A stretch of 64,000 nucleotides of DNA from an uncultured Chloroflexia bacterium (GTDB lineage: Bacteria; Chloroflexota; Limnocylindria; Limnocylindrales; CSP1-4). Numbering within the stretch: position 1 is the stretch's first letter; the number at the start of each line of letters is the position of its first letter. The notes under the pieces were generated by a model, which was given only the letters and a program-made list of their open reading frames with translations, ran no database searches and was not told the origin of the DNA. The stretch covers positions 128,001 to 192,000 of the forward strand of contig CAVYIM010000009.1 of assembly GCA_963768655.1 (NCBI GenBank), in the 5' to 3' direction. Below are positions 10,810 to 20,401 of the stretch, one piece after another. The translations under genes were made by a program, and so were the position numbers.

Positions 10810-12004
10810 ATGGGCTGCACGACCATGGTTCGACTCGCGGGCGCACCGGCGTCGCGCGGCGGCGCTGCCGCGCCGGCCGCCGCCCCGACCCGAGACCGAA
10901 GGGGCCGTCACGATACTCCCGCCTTCCCGCCGTCGCCGCGCACCCAGGAGCCGGCGCCACGGCCCGCGCCGGCCGTGCCCCGCCTCGATCCGATCCTCGA
11001 CGAGCCGCCGGACGGCGAGCGCCACTTCCGGATCCTGATCGAGCAGGCCGCCGATGGGATTCTCGTCACGGACGGCGCGGGGCGGATCACCCTGGCCAAC
11101 TCCGCGGCATGCGAGATGAGCGGCTACGGCCCCGATGAGATCATCGGCCTGGACCTGCTGGACACGTACCTGCCCGAGGAGCGAGAGGCGGGTCGCCGGC
11201 GCCAGGCCCGGATGCCGGCGGGAACGGCTCTTCGATTCGAGCGCCTCCTCCGCCGCAAGAGCGGCTCGAGATCACGATCGACGTCAGCGTGGCCTGGCTT
11301 CCGAATGGCGAGTGCCAGTCGATCATGCGCGACATCTCGGCCCGCAAGCAAGCCGAAGACGAGCTGCGCCGGCTGGCCGGGGATCTCGAATGCCGGGTGG
11401 AGGAGCGTGACCGCGAGTTCGAGCACGCCAACGCCGAGCTGGAGGCGGCCAACGCGGAGCTGGCTGCGGCGAATCGCGAGCTGCAGAGCATGCTGCGTGA
11501 GCAGGAGCGGCTGCAGGCCGAGCTGGCTTACCGGGCGATGCACGACCCGCTGACCGGCCTGGCCAACCGCATCATGTTCGGAGAGCGTCTCGACCACGCC
11601 ATCCGAGTCGGCGAGCGCGGCGTGGCCGTGGTCTGGATCGACCTGGACCACTTCAAGGAGGTCAATGACATATTCGGCCACGACGTGGGCGACGAGATGC
11701 TGGTGGCGGTAGCGGATCGGCTCCGCGATGTGGTCCGCGAAACGGACGACATCGCCCGCATGGGCGGTGACGAATTCGCCGTCATTCTGCCAAACGTCAT
11801 CGAGACGGAAGCGCAAATGGTCGCCGAGCGAATCCTCGTCGCTCTCTCCGACAGGGACGCATTTCGACTTCAGATGGGCGCCAGCGTCGGCATCGCCTGG
11901 CAGCGCCCGGCAGGCGGCGACGTGGTGACTCTGGTGCGACGTGCCGACGAGGCGATGTATCGCGCCAAGACCGCCGGCGGGGCGGCATGGCGGTCACGTA
12001 CTGA
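10810..12004 (+). CDS. PAS-domain diguanylate cyclase (GGDEF); frameshifts near 11270 and 11980, start uncertain
   Basis: PAS (LIEQAADGILVTD..GRITLAN), coiled coil, HDPLTGLANR, IDLDHFKEVND, intact GGDEF with upstream RETD I-site. Confidence 0.88.
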
Positions 12005-12151
12005 GACAGTAGACAAAGCGCGTGCGATGCGTGTACCCTCCGGCCAACGGGCCAATAGGCCCCGGAATCCAGCGGCTGCCACGATCGCTCCTCTCAACGG
12101 TTCTCGGCGAGACAGACGTGTCGCTGAGGCCGCATGAGCAAGGAGCGTTCT

Positions 12152-12481
12152 TTGTACGCATCGGACAAGACCCTGGTTTGCCAGGACTGCAACCAGGAGT
12201 TCGTCTTCAGCGCGAGCGAGCAGGCCTTCTTCGCTGAGCGACAGTTCAGCGAGCCGCGCCGCTGCCCCTCGTGCCGTGCCGCCCGCAAGGCCCAGCGCGG
12301 TGATTTCGGTGGCGGTTCCCACATGGGTGGTGGCGGCAGCCGCGGTGGCTACTCCTCCGGCCCGCGTGAGATGTTCTCGGCGACGTGCTCGAGCTGCGGC
12401 CGCGAGGCCCAGGTCCCGTTCCGGCCGAGTGGCGCCAAGCCTGTCTACTGCAGCGACTGCTTCACTGCCCGTCGCGGGTAG
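12152..12481 (+). CDS. Zinc-ribbon protein (zf-trcl-like N-terminus plus CxxC-x17-CxxC domain)
   Basis: DKTLVCQDCNQEFVFSASEQAFF..PRRCPSC, Gly-rich linker, MFSATCSSCG..AQVPFRP...KPVYCSDC; SD AAGGAG before TTG. Confidence 0.9.
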   Translation: MYASDKTLVCQDCNQEFVFSASEQAFFAERQFSEPRRCPSCRAARKAQRGDFGGGSHMGGGGSRGGYSSGPREMFSATCSSCGREAQVPFRPSGAKPVYCSDCFTARRG

Positions 12482-12510
12482 TACCCGGCCGAAAGGCCAC
12501 AGCGCAAAAC

Positions 12511-12540
12511 GAGAGCCCGGCGATTTCGCCGGGCTCTTTC
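12511..12540. terminator. Intrinsic terminator, possibly bidirectional
   Basis: gagagcccggcg-attt-cgccgggctctttc between convergent genes. Confidence 0.75.
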
Positions 12541-12645
12541 AATTCGCCCGATCATGCGCCACGGCCCGTTGATCCGGCATCTTTCGGCGAGCCAGTGTTC
12601 GATGGCGGCCCGCGCCGTTCGGCAGGCACCGCGCACCTTCGGCGG

Positions 12646-13977
12646 CTATTTCGCCAGCAAGGTCTGCACCAGCTGCGCCGACACGGTCTGGGTTTGCGTC
12701 CATTCGTCGTTGGTGAGGATCACGATCGTGATGCCGTAGTCCGGCAGGTACCACATCGCCGACCAGAAGCCGTCGAGATGGCCGCGGTGACCCCAGGCCA
12801 TCTGTTTGTCGATGGTGGTTCGCTCGAAGCCGTAGCCGTATGGGTATTTGGTGTACGGCAGCGTCGGCGACACGTCGGTCATCGAAGCCAGCTCCGCCTC
12901 GTCCAGCACACCGCCGCCGTAGAGAGCGGAGGCCCAGCGCGCCAGGTCGGAAGCGGTCGAGACGAACCCGCCCGAGGTCCACGCCACGGTCGCCTCGGAG
13001 TTGTAGGGCAGCATGCTCTGGCCGACCGACACGTCCCGTGGCCTGCTCGCCGTGTTCATATAGCCCTGGGCGAAGTTCGTGGTGGCGACCTTCTCCTCGG
13101 GCTGGAACCAGGTGTTCTTCATGCCCAGAGGATCGAGGAATTGCGAACGAACGAGCGAGGCGATGGTCTTGCCGGTTGCCTTCTCGATCACGACCCCCAG
13201 CAGGATGTAGTTGGTGTTGGAGTACTCGTAGCCGCGCCCCGGCGAGAAGTACGGCTTGCCGATGCGGGCGAGCACCTCGTTCACCGTCCACATCTGGCTC
13301 GGGTTCGCAAGGATGGCGTCGGCCATGCCCGGCGAGGTGAAGACGTCGTGGATGCCGCTGCGATGATCGAGCAGCTCGCTCAACGTGATGTGACTGGCGT
13401 TGGGGAACGTCGGCACGTACTTGGAGAGCGGGTCGTTGAGGCTGATGGTGCCCTGCTCGGCGAGCCGCAGCGCCAGGGCCGCCACGAAGGTCTTGCTGAT
13501 GCTGCCAACCGAGAAGAGGGTGTTGGCCGTGACCGGCGTCTTGCTCGCCAGGATGGCCGAGCCGGACTGGCCGGTCCACATCGATCCATCCGGGAAGACC
13601 ACGGCGGCGGAAATGCCGGCGAGCCTTCCGCCGGCCCGAGCGGCGTTGAGGGCCGTTTGCAGATTGGCCGCCATCGTGGGGTTGAGGACCGCGGCCGGCG
13701 CGGCGGCGGGTGGATCCGGCTGAGACACCGGAACGGGGTAAATAGCCTCGACGGGTGGTGCTGGTGTGCCGCTGGATACCGGTGTGCCTGCTGGTTCAGG
13801 ACTTCCGGCTGGCCCTGCTGTGCCCGTGGGCGTGATCGCGAGGCCGGGCGTCGTGGTCCCGGAGCGAGGCGGAGTTGGTGTGGCGCCGCCACACGCTGCG
13901 ACGGCCATGACGATGGCCATCGCCAACGCCAACGCTCGCCCGGTGGCGCCTAAGGCTGGGCTCGAATGGTCGGACAC
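12646..13977 (-). CDS. Serine hydrolase, beta-lactamase/D-Ala-D-Ala carboxypeptidase family, probable lipoprotein
   Basis: Lipobox-like VAAC, SxxK (GSISKTF), YSNTNY, WGHRG. Confidence 0.9.
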   Translation of the reverse strand: MSDHSSPALGATGRALALAMAIVMAVAACGGATPTPPRSGTTTPGLAITPTGTAGPAGSPEPAGTPVSSGTPAPPVEAIYPVPVSQPDPPAAAPAAVLNPTMAANLQTALNAARAGGRLAGISAAVVFPDGSMWTGQSGSAILASKTPVTANTLFSVGSISKTFVAALALRLAEQGTISLNDPLSKYVPTFPNASHITLSELLDHRSGIHDVFTSPGMADAILANPSQMWTVNEVLARIGKPYFSPGRGYEYSNTNYILLGVVIEKATGKTIASLVRSQFLDPLGMKNTWFQPEEKVATTNFAQGYMNTASRPRDVSVGQSMLPYNSEATVAWTSGGFVSTASDLARWASALYGGGVLDEAELASMTDVSPTLPYTKYPYGYGFERTTIDKQMAWGHRGHLDGFWSAMWYLPDYGITIVILTNDEWTQTQTVSAQLVQTLLAK

Positions 13978-14138
13978 GCCGCCATCATGCAACAGCCGGG
14001 CGGGTGTTGTCCGGCGCACGCACGGATCGCCGACGCCGGCCACGGGCGGCGGCTCCGGCCAGTGCGGCCGGAGTCGTGCTCGAGTATGTCCGGGCCGCGG
14101 CGCGGCCGCGGCCTACCGGGCCCGCAACCTGCGCTCGG

Positions 14139-14852
14139 TCAGCGACGCCCGCCGCCGAAGATGCGGAGCAGCATCAGGAAGATGTTGACGAACTCGATGT
14201 AGAGAAGGATGGCGCCGAGCACGGATGCCTTTTCCATGGAGCCGGTACGTGCCGCGAACTCGCCCCTGGAGATCCGCTGCGTCGTCCAGGCCGCCAGCGC
14301 CGTGAAGATCACCACACCCACGACTGAGAGCACCAGGTCCAGCGTCGAGCTCTGGACGAGGAACCCGTTGATCAGGAACGCGAAGAAGAGGCCCCAGGCG
14401 CCCATGAACAGGTAGGCGCCCATGCTCGCCAGCGAGCGCTTGGTCACGATGCCGTAGAGGGCGGCTCCGCCGAACGCGGCCGAGGCTGAGACGAACGCCT
14501 GGACAACTGACATCGGGTTGCCGTTGGCGGTGGCGTAGTACCACACCCAGACACCGATCGTCAGGCCCATCAGGGCCGCATAGACGAAGAAGAGGGCCAG
14601 GGCCACGCCAGCGTTGAGGCGGCGGATGCCCCACTGGATCCCGAGACCCAGGCCGAGCTGGGCGATGAAGAGAGGAATAAGCCAATCGGCGACCGATTCG
14701 GTGAGGCTCAGATTGCTCTGGACAATCCAGGCGATCATGCCGCTCAGCAGGACGCCCAGGAACATCCACAGAAATGCGTCGATGAGGAACCGGTTGGCGA
14801 GTTGAGCTGTCGGGCGAACGCCCAGCCGCTCCGGCGAGTAGTCGTTGTACAC
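14139..14852 (-). CDS. Bax inhibitor-1/YccA family membrane protein
   Basis: About 7 TM helices, FFVYAALMG, GVVIFTALAAWTTQRI, GAILLYIEFVNIFLMLLRIFG; SD GGAGG before GTG. Confidence 0.9.
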   Translation of the reverse strand: MYNDYSPERLGVRPTAQLANRFLIDAFLWMFLGVLLSGMIAWIVQSNLSLTESVADWLIPLFIAQLGLGLGIQWGIRRLNAGVALALFFVYAALMGLTIGVWVWYYATANGNPMSVVQAFVSASAAFGGAALYGIVTKRSLASMGAYLFMGAWGLFFAFLINGFLVQSSTLDLVLSVVGVVIFTALAAWTTQRISRGEFAARTGSMEKASVLGAILLYIEFVNIFLMLLRIFGGGRR

Positions 14853-15032
14853 CGATCTCCTCCGATATGAGGCTTGACCGAGGCTGGCACCGAGTGGCCC
14901 GTCGCCCTCAGACACGCGACCCGAAGGTCGCGTGCTGGCTCGATCCTACGCCACCCGGACGAACTCGGGGCGCGCATCACGCCGAGGCCCGAGGCCCCCG
15001 GGCCCGCCGGCCGCCGGGGCCGGGGCGGCGTC

Positions 15033-15674
15033 TCAGCGGTCCCGGTGCGTCCTCGAGGGCGTGGCGGAGTGAGACTCGCCCTGCTCGGCGGCTCGGGCCA
15101 GGATCCAGAGGAGGTCGGCGAGGCGATTCAGATACGGCACGAGTTGGTCGCCGGCGACCGGCTCCACCTTGCGGACCGCGACGGCTCGCCGCTCCGCCCG
15201 GCGCACGATCGTCCGCGCCAGCTCGAGCGAGGCCGAGAGCCGCGTCTCGCCCGGCACGACGAACTCCTTCGGGAGTCTGACGTGCTCCTCGGTTTCGTCG
15301 AGCAGCGCATCGAGGCCGCTCACCATCTGCGCGGTCACTCGCGTCTCACCGGGGCGCTGACGATCCGCCGCGCCGGGGGCCGTCGCTAGCTCGGCGCCCG
15401 CGACGAAGAGCTCGCGCTGAACGCGCAGGAGAACATCGGGCAGCCCGGCGATGACGCGCGGCAACGTTCCGAGCTCGGCCTTGACCGCCAGCTCAGCGCG
15501 AGCGAGGCCGAGCGCGGCGATCGCCTCGTCGATGGCCCCGAAGGCTTCCGTGCGGGGGTCGTCCTTGGAGATGCGGTCGCCGCCGAAGAGGAGTCCGGTC
15601 GTGCCGTCGTCGCCGCGCCCTGTCGCCACGGCCGACTTGCGCCGGCTGTTGCCGCGTCCGCCGTTCTCGCTCAT
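15033..15674 (-). CDS. pduO: PduO-type cob(I)alamin adenosyltransferase
   Basis: TGRGDDGTTGL.FGG.RISKDDPRTEAFGAIDE, ARTIVRRAERR, YLNRLAD. Confidence 0.88.
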   Translation of the reverse strand: MSENGGRGNSRRKSAVATGRGDDGTTGLLFGGDRISKDDPRTEAFGAIDEAIAALGLARAELAVKAELGTLPRVIAGLPDVLLRVQRELFVAGAELATAPGAADRQRPGETRVTAQMVSGLDALLDETEEHVRLPKEFVVPGETRLSASLELARTIVRRAERRAVAVRKVEPVAGDQLVPYLNRLADLLWILARAAEQGESHSATPSRTHRDR

Positions 15675-15698
15675 GGCCTCCCCTCGATCGCTAGAGGC

Positions 15699-16064
15699 TC
15701 ACCACATCAAGCCGGCGTCGCGGGGATCCCACCGCTCGGCCAGCAGCGTGACTTTGACCGGATGCTCGAGCACCGACTCCGCCTGGTCCCTGATCTGCTG
15801 GACCATCGAGCCGGCATATGGGCAGAAGGGTGTCGTCAGGATCATCTTGATCTCGGACGCCTCGCTGCCAATGATGATCTGCTTGATGAGGGCCAGCTCG
15901 ACGACGTCCATCCCCAGTTCGGGGTCGACGACGGCCCGGAGGGCATCCAGGAGGGCCAGCTCGGTAGCCCGGCGGGTCAAGTCGAAGACGGGCTCGGCCT
16001 CTGCAGGCGAGGGCGCGGTGGTGTCGGCGGCAGGGGCCTCGACGGCCCGCATGGGTTCGCTCAT
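15699..16064 (-). CDS. Metal-sulfur cluster assembly factor (DUF59/SufT-like)
   Basis: LRAVVDPELGMDVVELALI and LTTPFCP. Confidence 0.88.
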   Translation of the reverse strand: MSEPMRAVEAPAADTTAPSPAEAEPVFDLTRRATELALLDALRAVVDPELGMDVVELALIKQIIIGSEASEIKMILTTPFCPYAGSMVQQIRDQAESVLEHPVKVTLLAERWDPRDAGLMW

Positions 16065-16222
16065 GGCGTTCTATATCCTAGCAGTTTCGTCGGAATAGTG
16101 GAATCTGGGGAGCGCACGTCTCCCCGATCGAATCTGTGTCTGCATGTGGGCGGAACCGCCGCCGATCGCAAGGATGTACCGATCCCTGTCCCGACTGCCC
16201 ACCAGGCGGGCCGGCTATGTGG

Positions 16223-16573
16223 CTACGCGGAGGCCTTCGCCCCTCGAGCGGCTCCGGGCTTGCCGGCGACCACGATGCCGGGGAGGCGCAGATCCTCGGG
16301 CAGGAGCGCCGCATCTTCGGCCGTCAGGCCCGGGCCGGCAAGTGACCCGTCGCGCCCGAAGAACTCGCGGTAGCGCTCGCGGTGCTCGGCGGCGTAGCGA
16401 TAGGCATGGGCGATGCCGACGATGCGCAGCTCGGGATGCTCGGCCAGCAGGCGGGCCGGGTCGTAGCCGGAACGGCGCAGCTCCAGAAGCTGGCGGACGG
16501 TCAGGCGCGTGCCGTAGCAGAACGGCTCGCCGCGCATGACGAGCGGATCGACCATCACCCACTTGATCGTCAC
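16223..16573 (-). CDS. DUF433 domain protein
   Basis: DPLVMRGEPFCYGTRLTVRQLL..LLAEHPEL...AYRYA. Confidence 0.75.
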   Translation of the reverse strand: MTIKWVMVDPLVMRGEPFCYGTRLTVRQLLELRRSGYDPARLLAEHPELRIVGIAHAYRYAAEHRERYREFFGRDGSLAGPGLTAEDAALLPEDLRLPGIVVAGKPGAARGAKASA

Positions 16574-16637
16574 GGCTGCCTCCGGTCCGTGGTCCGCCCC
16601 GGGTTCGTCGCGCCCGCCGGGGCCCGATGTGCGGCGC

Positions 16638-17261
16638 TCATACGCCGCGATAGAGCCATTTGAGCAAGGCGTTGCGCTTGTGCCCATCGCCGCCGAGGCG
16701 GCCGTTCTTGCGAAGGACCCCGACGGCGGCATCGAGAGCCCGACTCATCGCCGCGGCCTCGTCGCCGCCGAGCCGGGACGCCGCAGTTTCGCGAATGCCT
16801 TCGCACAGGGCGACGATGTCCCAGAGCGACACTCCGCGGCGGCGGAAGATGGGGCCGATCCACTCGGCGTACTCGGCCATCGGACGCGGGTCATCGGCGG
16901 CTACGCTCGTGGCCAGCCGATCGATCAGCACTTCGGCGTCGTGGAGCAGCTGGCGCAGGCCGGCGTCGTCGAAGCGGAGCTGGAGCTCGGGATCGGCTGC
17001 GACGGCGGTCACGAGGGCATCGGCGGCGATTGTCGCCCTGTCGCGGCGCAGGGCCGCTGCCGCGGACGGGAAGCCGGCCGTCATGTCGATGGGCGGCTTG
17101 CCGAGGTTCGGGTGCCGGTGCGGAGGTTCGGGCGCGGCCACGGCCATCTGCTTGGCGGACCTGGCCGACCGAGCCGGTTTCGCGGGGCTGGCGGGCTTCG
17201 CGGGCTTCGAAACGGCGCGGGAAGCGCGCTTGGGCGTCGGAGGGATGCCGGTTTCTGTCAC
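16638..17261 (-). CDS. Hypothetical all-helical protein, possibly globin-like/RsbRD-N-like
   Basis: LLHDAEVLIDRLATSVAADDP..MAEYAEW..FRRRGVS pattern; TAGACT 7 nt before GTG. Confidence 0.6.
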   Translation of the reverse strand: MTETGIPPTPKRASRAVSKPAKPASPAKPARSARSAKQMAVAAPEPPHRHPNLGKPPIDMTAGFPSAAAALRRDRATIAADALVTAVAADPELQLRFDDAGLRQLLHDAEVLIDRLATSVAADDPRPMAEYAEWIGPIFRRRGVSLWDIVALCEGIRETAASRLGGDEAAAMSRALDAAVGVLRKNGRLGGDGHKRNALLKWLYRGV

Positions 17262-17346
17262 GGTCCGAAGTCTAGCCTGGACCGACCGGCGGCGCAGCGA
17301 CGCAGGGGTCCCTCTCGGCTGCCGGCCACGCCCCAGGCCGCCGACC

Positions 17347-18243
17347 TCAGTACTGGAGCCACTCCGCGGAGCGGTTGGGAAACGCCTGGCTCGGGTTGCC
17401 GCATGAGGCGAAAGCCTCAACCGTGAACCGCTGAAGATGGTCGTACTCGGCGACGAAGATCGGCAGCATGTCCTGGCTCAACGTGTCGGGTTCGTAGTCC
17501 GGGTTGCGCTGGAACGTCCACGCCAGGCCGTAGTGGCCACCGACCTGGAGCGCCGCATTCATGATCCTGACGGCAGCCGAACCGGACCCGCCTCCCGACA
17601 CCGGCCCGATGGCCAGGTCGAGGCCAGTCTCGGTCGGCGTGATCCAGCCCCCGACAGGCCGCCCGTCCAGAGTCTGCGCAGCCGGATCCATCGACGAGGT
17701 GACCCACGGGCCGGGTTCCATGCTCTGGAGGCTGACCGGCGGCATTGGGCCGCCCGGTTGTGGCGGCATGCCGAGTTCGGCGTCGATCCACCCGGGCAGT
17801 TCGGCGTAGACGGCCAGCTGGTCGATGCCGGTGCTTCCGGCGGCGCCGGCCGGCCACAGGTCGAGCTTGTGCCAGCTGAACGTGACGTCGGCGGCGACGG
17901 TCTGCGCGTCCGGCGCGGCGGTGCACGTGACCGACAGCGTCAGATCCGGAATTCGGGCCTGCGTCGGATCGGCCCAGGAGAAGGCGGCCAGCGGCACCAG
18001 GAAGCTCAAGACGAGGACGACGCTGATCGCCACTCCCAGCCACCGGCCGATCGGCCGCGTCGTGCCCATCAGGATGACGGCCGCCAGGGCGGCACTCGCG
18101 CCCAACCCGAGACCCACGCCGGCAACGGCGGCGCGGCCGGGCGTCCAGCCCAGGACGAGGGCGATCAAGTCGCCGGCCTCCAGTGCGGCGACCACGGCCA
18201 GCCAGAACCGCAGCGTGCTCTGGCGGTGAGCTTCGGCCGTCAT
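17347..18243 (-). CDS. Membrane protein with extracytoplasmic domain, paralog of downstream-coordinate neighbour
   Basis: Three TM segments then DPTQ..DLTLSVTC, WHKLDLWP, YDHLQRFTVEAFASC; start overlaps upstream stop. Confidence 0.65.
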   Translation of the reverse strand: MTAEAHRQSTLRFWLAVVAALEAGDLIALVLGWTPGRAAVAGVGLGLGASAALAAVILMGTTRPIGRWLGVAISVVLVLSFLVPLAAFSWADPTQARIPDLTLSVTCTAAPDAQTVAADVTFSWHKLDLWPAGAAGSTGIDQLAVYAELPGWIDAELGMPPQPGGPMPPVSLQSMEPGPWVTSSMDPAAQTLDGRPVGGWITPTETGLDLAIGPVSGGGSGSAAVRIMNAALQVGGHYGLAWTFQRNPDYEPDTLSQDMLPIFVAEYDHLQRFTVEAFASCGNPSQAFPNRSAEWLQY

Positions 18244-19604
18244 TGGGAGGCCCACGGGTAGGGCAGCTGCATCCGGACACCGGACCCGGTCCGGTCGCAG
18301 CTCGCCAGCGCCTGCACCACGAACCTGTCGAGGTGCGCGTAACGGACGATGACCAGTGGATCGACCGGCGCCGGCGGTGTCGGCTCGGGCTGGGCCGACG
18401 CGTTCAGCCACTGGACGTGCTGAACGATCTCGTACGTCCAGCCGGCGTGGAGGCTGCCCGGCGTGAATTCGATCGCGTCGGACGTCGGGACGTAGGGGTC
18501 GATGCGGATGAGGCTTTCCGTCGGCGCGTTCACTACAAGCCCATCAACCGAGCCGTTTGGGCTGGAGATCTGCGGGTCGCCGGAGATCATGTAGAGCGGG
18601 ACCTTCGACGGTATCGAGATCCACGCGGTGCGCAAGTCCGCCGAGTTCCGTCCTCCCGACGAAGCAATTCCGGACTCGAAGCCGTCGGGCCAGCTCTCGG
18701 GTGTGCCGCCGTGTGCGATCCCGTACGGGAACAGGTCGAGCCGGCTCCAGTGCACCACCGTGTGCACGTCGACGTCCGTGACCCCGCCGCCGGCGTCGCG
18801 TGTGCAGACGGCCGACACCTGCAGGTCCAAGTCGGAGGCCGTCACCTGCGTCGGATCGGGCACCGCGCCGGCGGCGTACGGGAGGCCGTATCCCGCCGCG
18901 ACGGCGACGACCAGGGCAACTGCCAGGATCCGCCCGATCGGCCGGCTGTGCGAGAACCACTCCGCCATTTCCGCCCCGATCGCGGGGCGGAGCATCCACA
19001 GGCCGATGATGCCCAGTATCGGGATGGTGGTTGTCCCCGAGGGGGCCGCGAACACGGACTCGGCGCCCTGCACGAGAACCGCGGCGAGCATGAACTGGGC
19101 GTACCGCAGGGCCCAGCGTTGTCCTCGCGCGAATGCCCGGAAAGCCAGCACGTCGAGCGCCAGGGCGAGCGCGGCAGCCGCGACGAATACCGCCGCCCGA
19201 ACCGGGGTCAGCCCGGTCACGCCGATCCAGATCAGGATCACCTCGCTCATTGCCCCAGTGGCCAGCAGCAGCCGCAGCCGGCGGTAGCCCGGCAGCTTGC
19301 CCGGCGGCGAAGCGGCGGCCGGCAGCAGGACGCCGATCGTCGTGGCGTACAGGCGGGAGTGATAGGCGCCGGTCATCTCGTGTCCGAGCCTGCCGGCCTC
19401 CCCGAACGATCGGATTGCCGTCTCGACCGCGTCGGCAGCCGAAGCTCCCGCGACCAGCGCGTCCCGCCAGCGCTGCCAGAGGTGGCCGTACAACTCCTCG
19501 GCTATGTCCTCCCGGTCGGCGGCGGGCACACTGGAGCCGGCCAGGATTGCCTGGACGTGGGCGCGCAGCCGCGGCCCGGGGTCCGGGACCGCCGTCTCGC
19601 TCAT
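18240..19604 (-). CDS. Permease-prefix-1/HAAS domain membrane protein, PadR partner
   Basis: N-terminal REDIAEELYGHL..A.ETAIRSFGEAGRLG, TM helices, C-terminal extracytoplasmic domain. Confidence 0.75.
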   Translation of the reverse strand: MSETAVPDPGPRLRAHVQAILAGSSVPAADREDIAEELYGHLWQRWRDALVAGASAADAVETAIRSFGEAGRLGHEMTGAYHSRLYATTIGVLLPAAASPPGKLPGYRRLRLLLATGAMSEVILIWIGVTGLTPVRAAVFVAAAALALALDVLAFRAFARGQRWALRYAQFMLAAVLVQGAESVFAAPSGTTTIPILGIIGLWMLRPAIGAEMAEWFSHSRPIGRILAVALVVAVAAGYGLPYAAGAVPDPTQVTASDLDLQVSAVCTRDAGGGVTDVDVHTVVHWSRLDLFPYGIAHGGTPESWPDGFESGIASSGGRNSADLRTAWISIPSKVPLYMISGDPQISSPNGSVDGLVVNAPTESLIRIDPYVPTSDAIEFTPGSLHAGWTYEIVQHVQWLNASAQPEPTPPAPVDPLVIVRYAHLDRFVVQALASCDRTGSGVRMQLPYPWASQ

Positions 19605-19942
19605 GATCCGAGCACCGCGTCGGCGGCGGACTTGAAGCGTAGCCAGTCCTCGCGGCCGGCGGCCAGGGCGTCCTCGCCCTGCCGGGTCAGCCGGTAGTAG
19701 CGCCGCCGAGGCGCGCTGCCCGCCATCTCCACCCAGTGGCCGCCGATGAGCCCGTCGCGCTCGAGTCGCCGGAGGGAGGGATAGACCGTCCCCTCCGGCA
19801 GATCGATCGCCCCCTCGGTCGACCGGCGCAGCTCGGCCACGATCTCGTACCCGTACATCTCCCGCCGCCCCAGCAGCCCCAGGATGAGCAGCCCGAACTC
19901 CCCTCTCGAGAGTTGCGGGCCGCCTACTTGCTGCCCGCTCAT
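19601..19942 (-). CDS. PadR family transcriptional regulator (copy 2)
   Basis: LLILGLL.RREMYGYEI, EGTVYPSLRRLE, RRRYYRLT..G. Confidence 0.92.
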   Translation of the reverse strand: MSGQQVGGPQLSRGEFGLLILGLLGRREMYGYEIVAELRRSTEGAIDLPEGTVYPSLRRLERDGLIGGHWVEMAGSAPRRRYYRLTRQGEDALAAGREDWLRFKSAADAVLGS

Positions 19943-20286
19943 GGCCGTGCGCCGTGGAAGCGCGCGGTCGCCGGCGTGGGGCTGGGTGCGTGGGCCGCGG
20001 TCCTCGCCGCGTTTCGCTCGCCGGCGGGAGTCAGGACGTAGTAGCGCCGGCGCGGGGTGCCCTCGCCGATCTCGACCCAATGGGCCACGGTCAGCCCGTG
20101 TCGCTCGAGCCGCCGAAGCGCCGGGTAGACGGACCCCTCGGCCAGCTCGATGCCGCCCTCCCCATCGCCCGGTGCCCGCAGCTGGGCAGCCAGCGTCGTC
20201 GCGATCTCGTAGCCGTGCATCTCGCGTCGGGCCAGGAGTCCGAGCACGAGCGCCCGCAGGTCTGCCTGCGAAATCGAAGCGGCCAT
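19939..20286 (-). CDS. PadR family transcriptional regulator (copy 1)
   Basis: LVLGLLARREMHGYEI, EGSVYPALRRLE, RRRYYVLT..G. Confidence 0.92.
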   Translation of the reverse strand: MAASISQADLRALVLGLLARREMHGYEIATTLAAQLRAPGDGEGGIELAEGSVYPALRRLERHGLTVAHWVEIGEGTPRRRYYVLTPAGERNAARTAAHAPSPTPATARFHGARP

Positions 20287-20327
20287 CGGATCCCTCTCTG
20301 CCCGGCCTCTCTCGTCGCGACCGTCAC

Positions 20328-20365
20328 TACCTAGAGACTCTAGGTATTCACCACTCGGACGTCAA
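20328..20365 (-). promoter_or_regulatory. Promoter with overlapping PadR operator
   Basis: Perfect 9-1-9 palindrome TACCTAGAG-A-CTCTAGGTA (20328-20346); minus-strand -35 TTGACG (20365-20360), 17 nt, -10 TAGAGT (20342-20337) inside the palindrome. Confidence 0.8.
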
Positions 20366-20401
20366 GAGGGGCTGTTCGGAGAGATGCGGCGGAGCGTTGC
20401 C

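Noticed and set aside
9500-11300. Programmed frameshifting in the MFS and GGDEF genes
   Set aside because: No slippery heptamers; isolated indels match the sequencing-error pattern seen elsewhere
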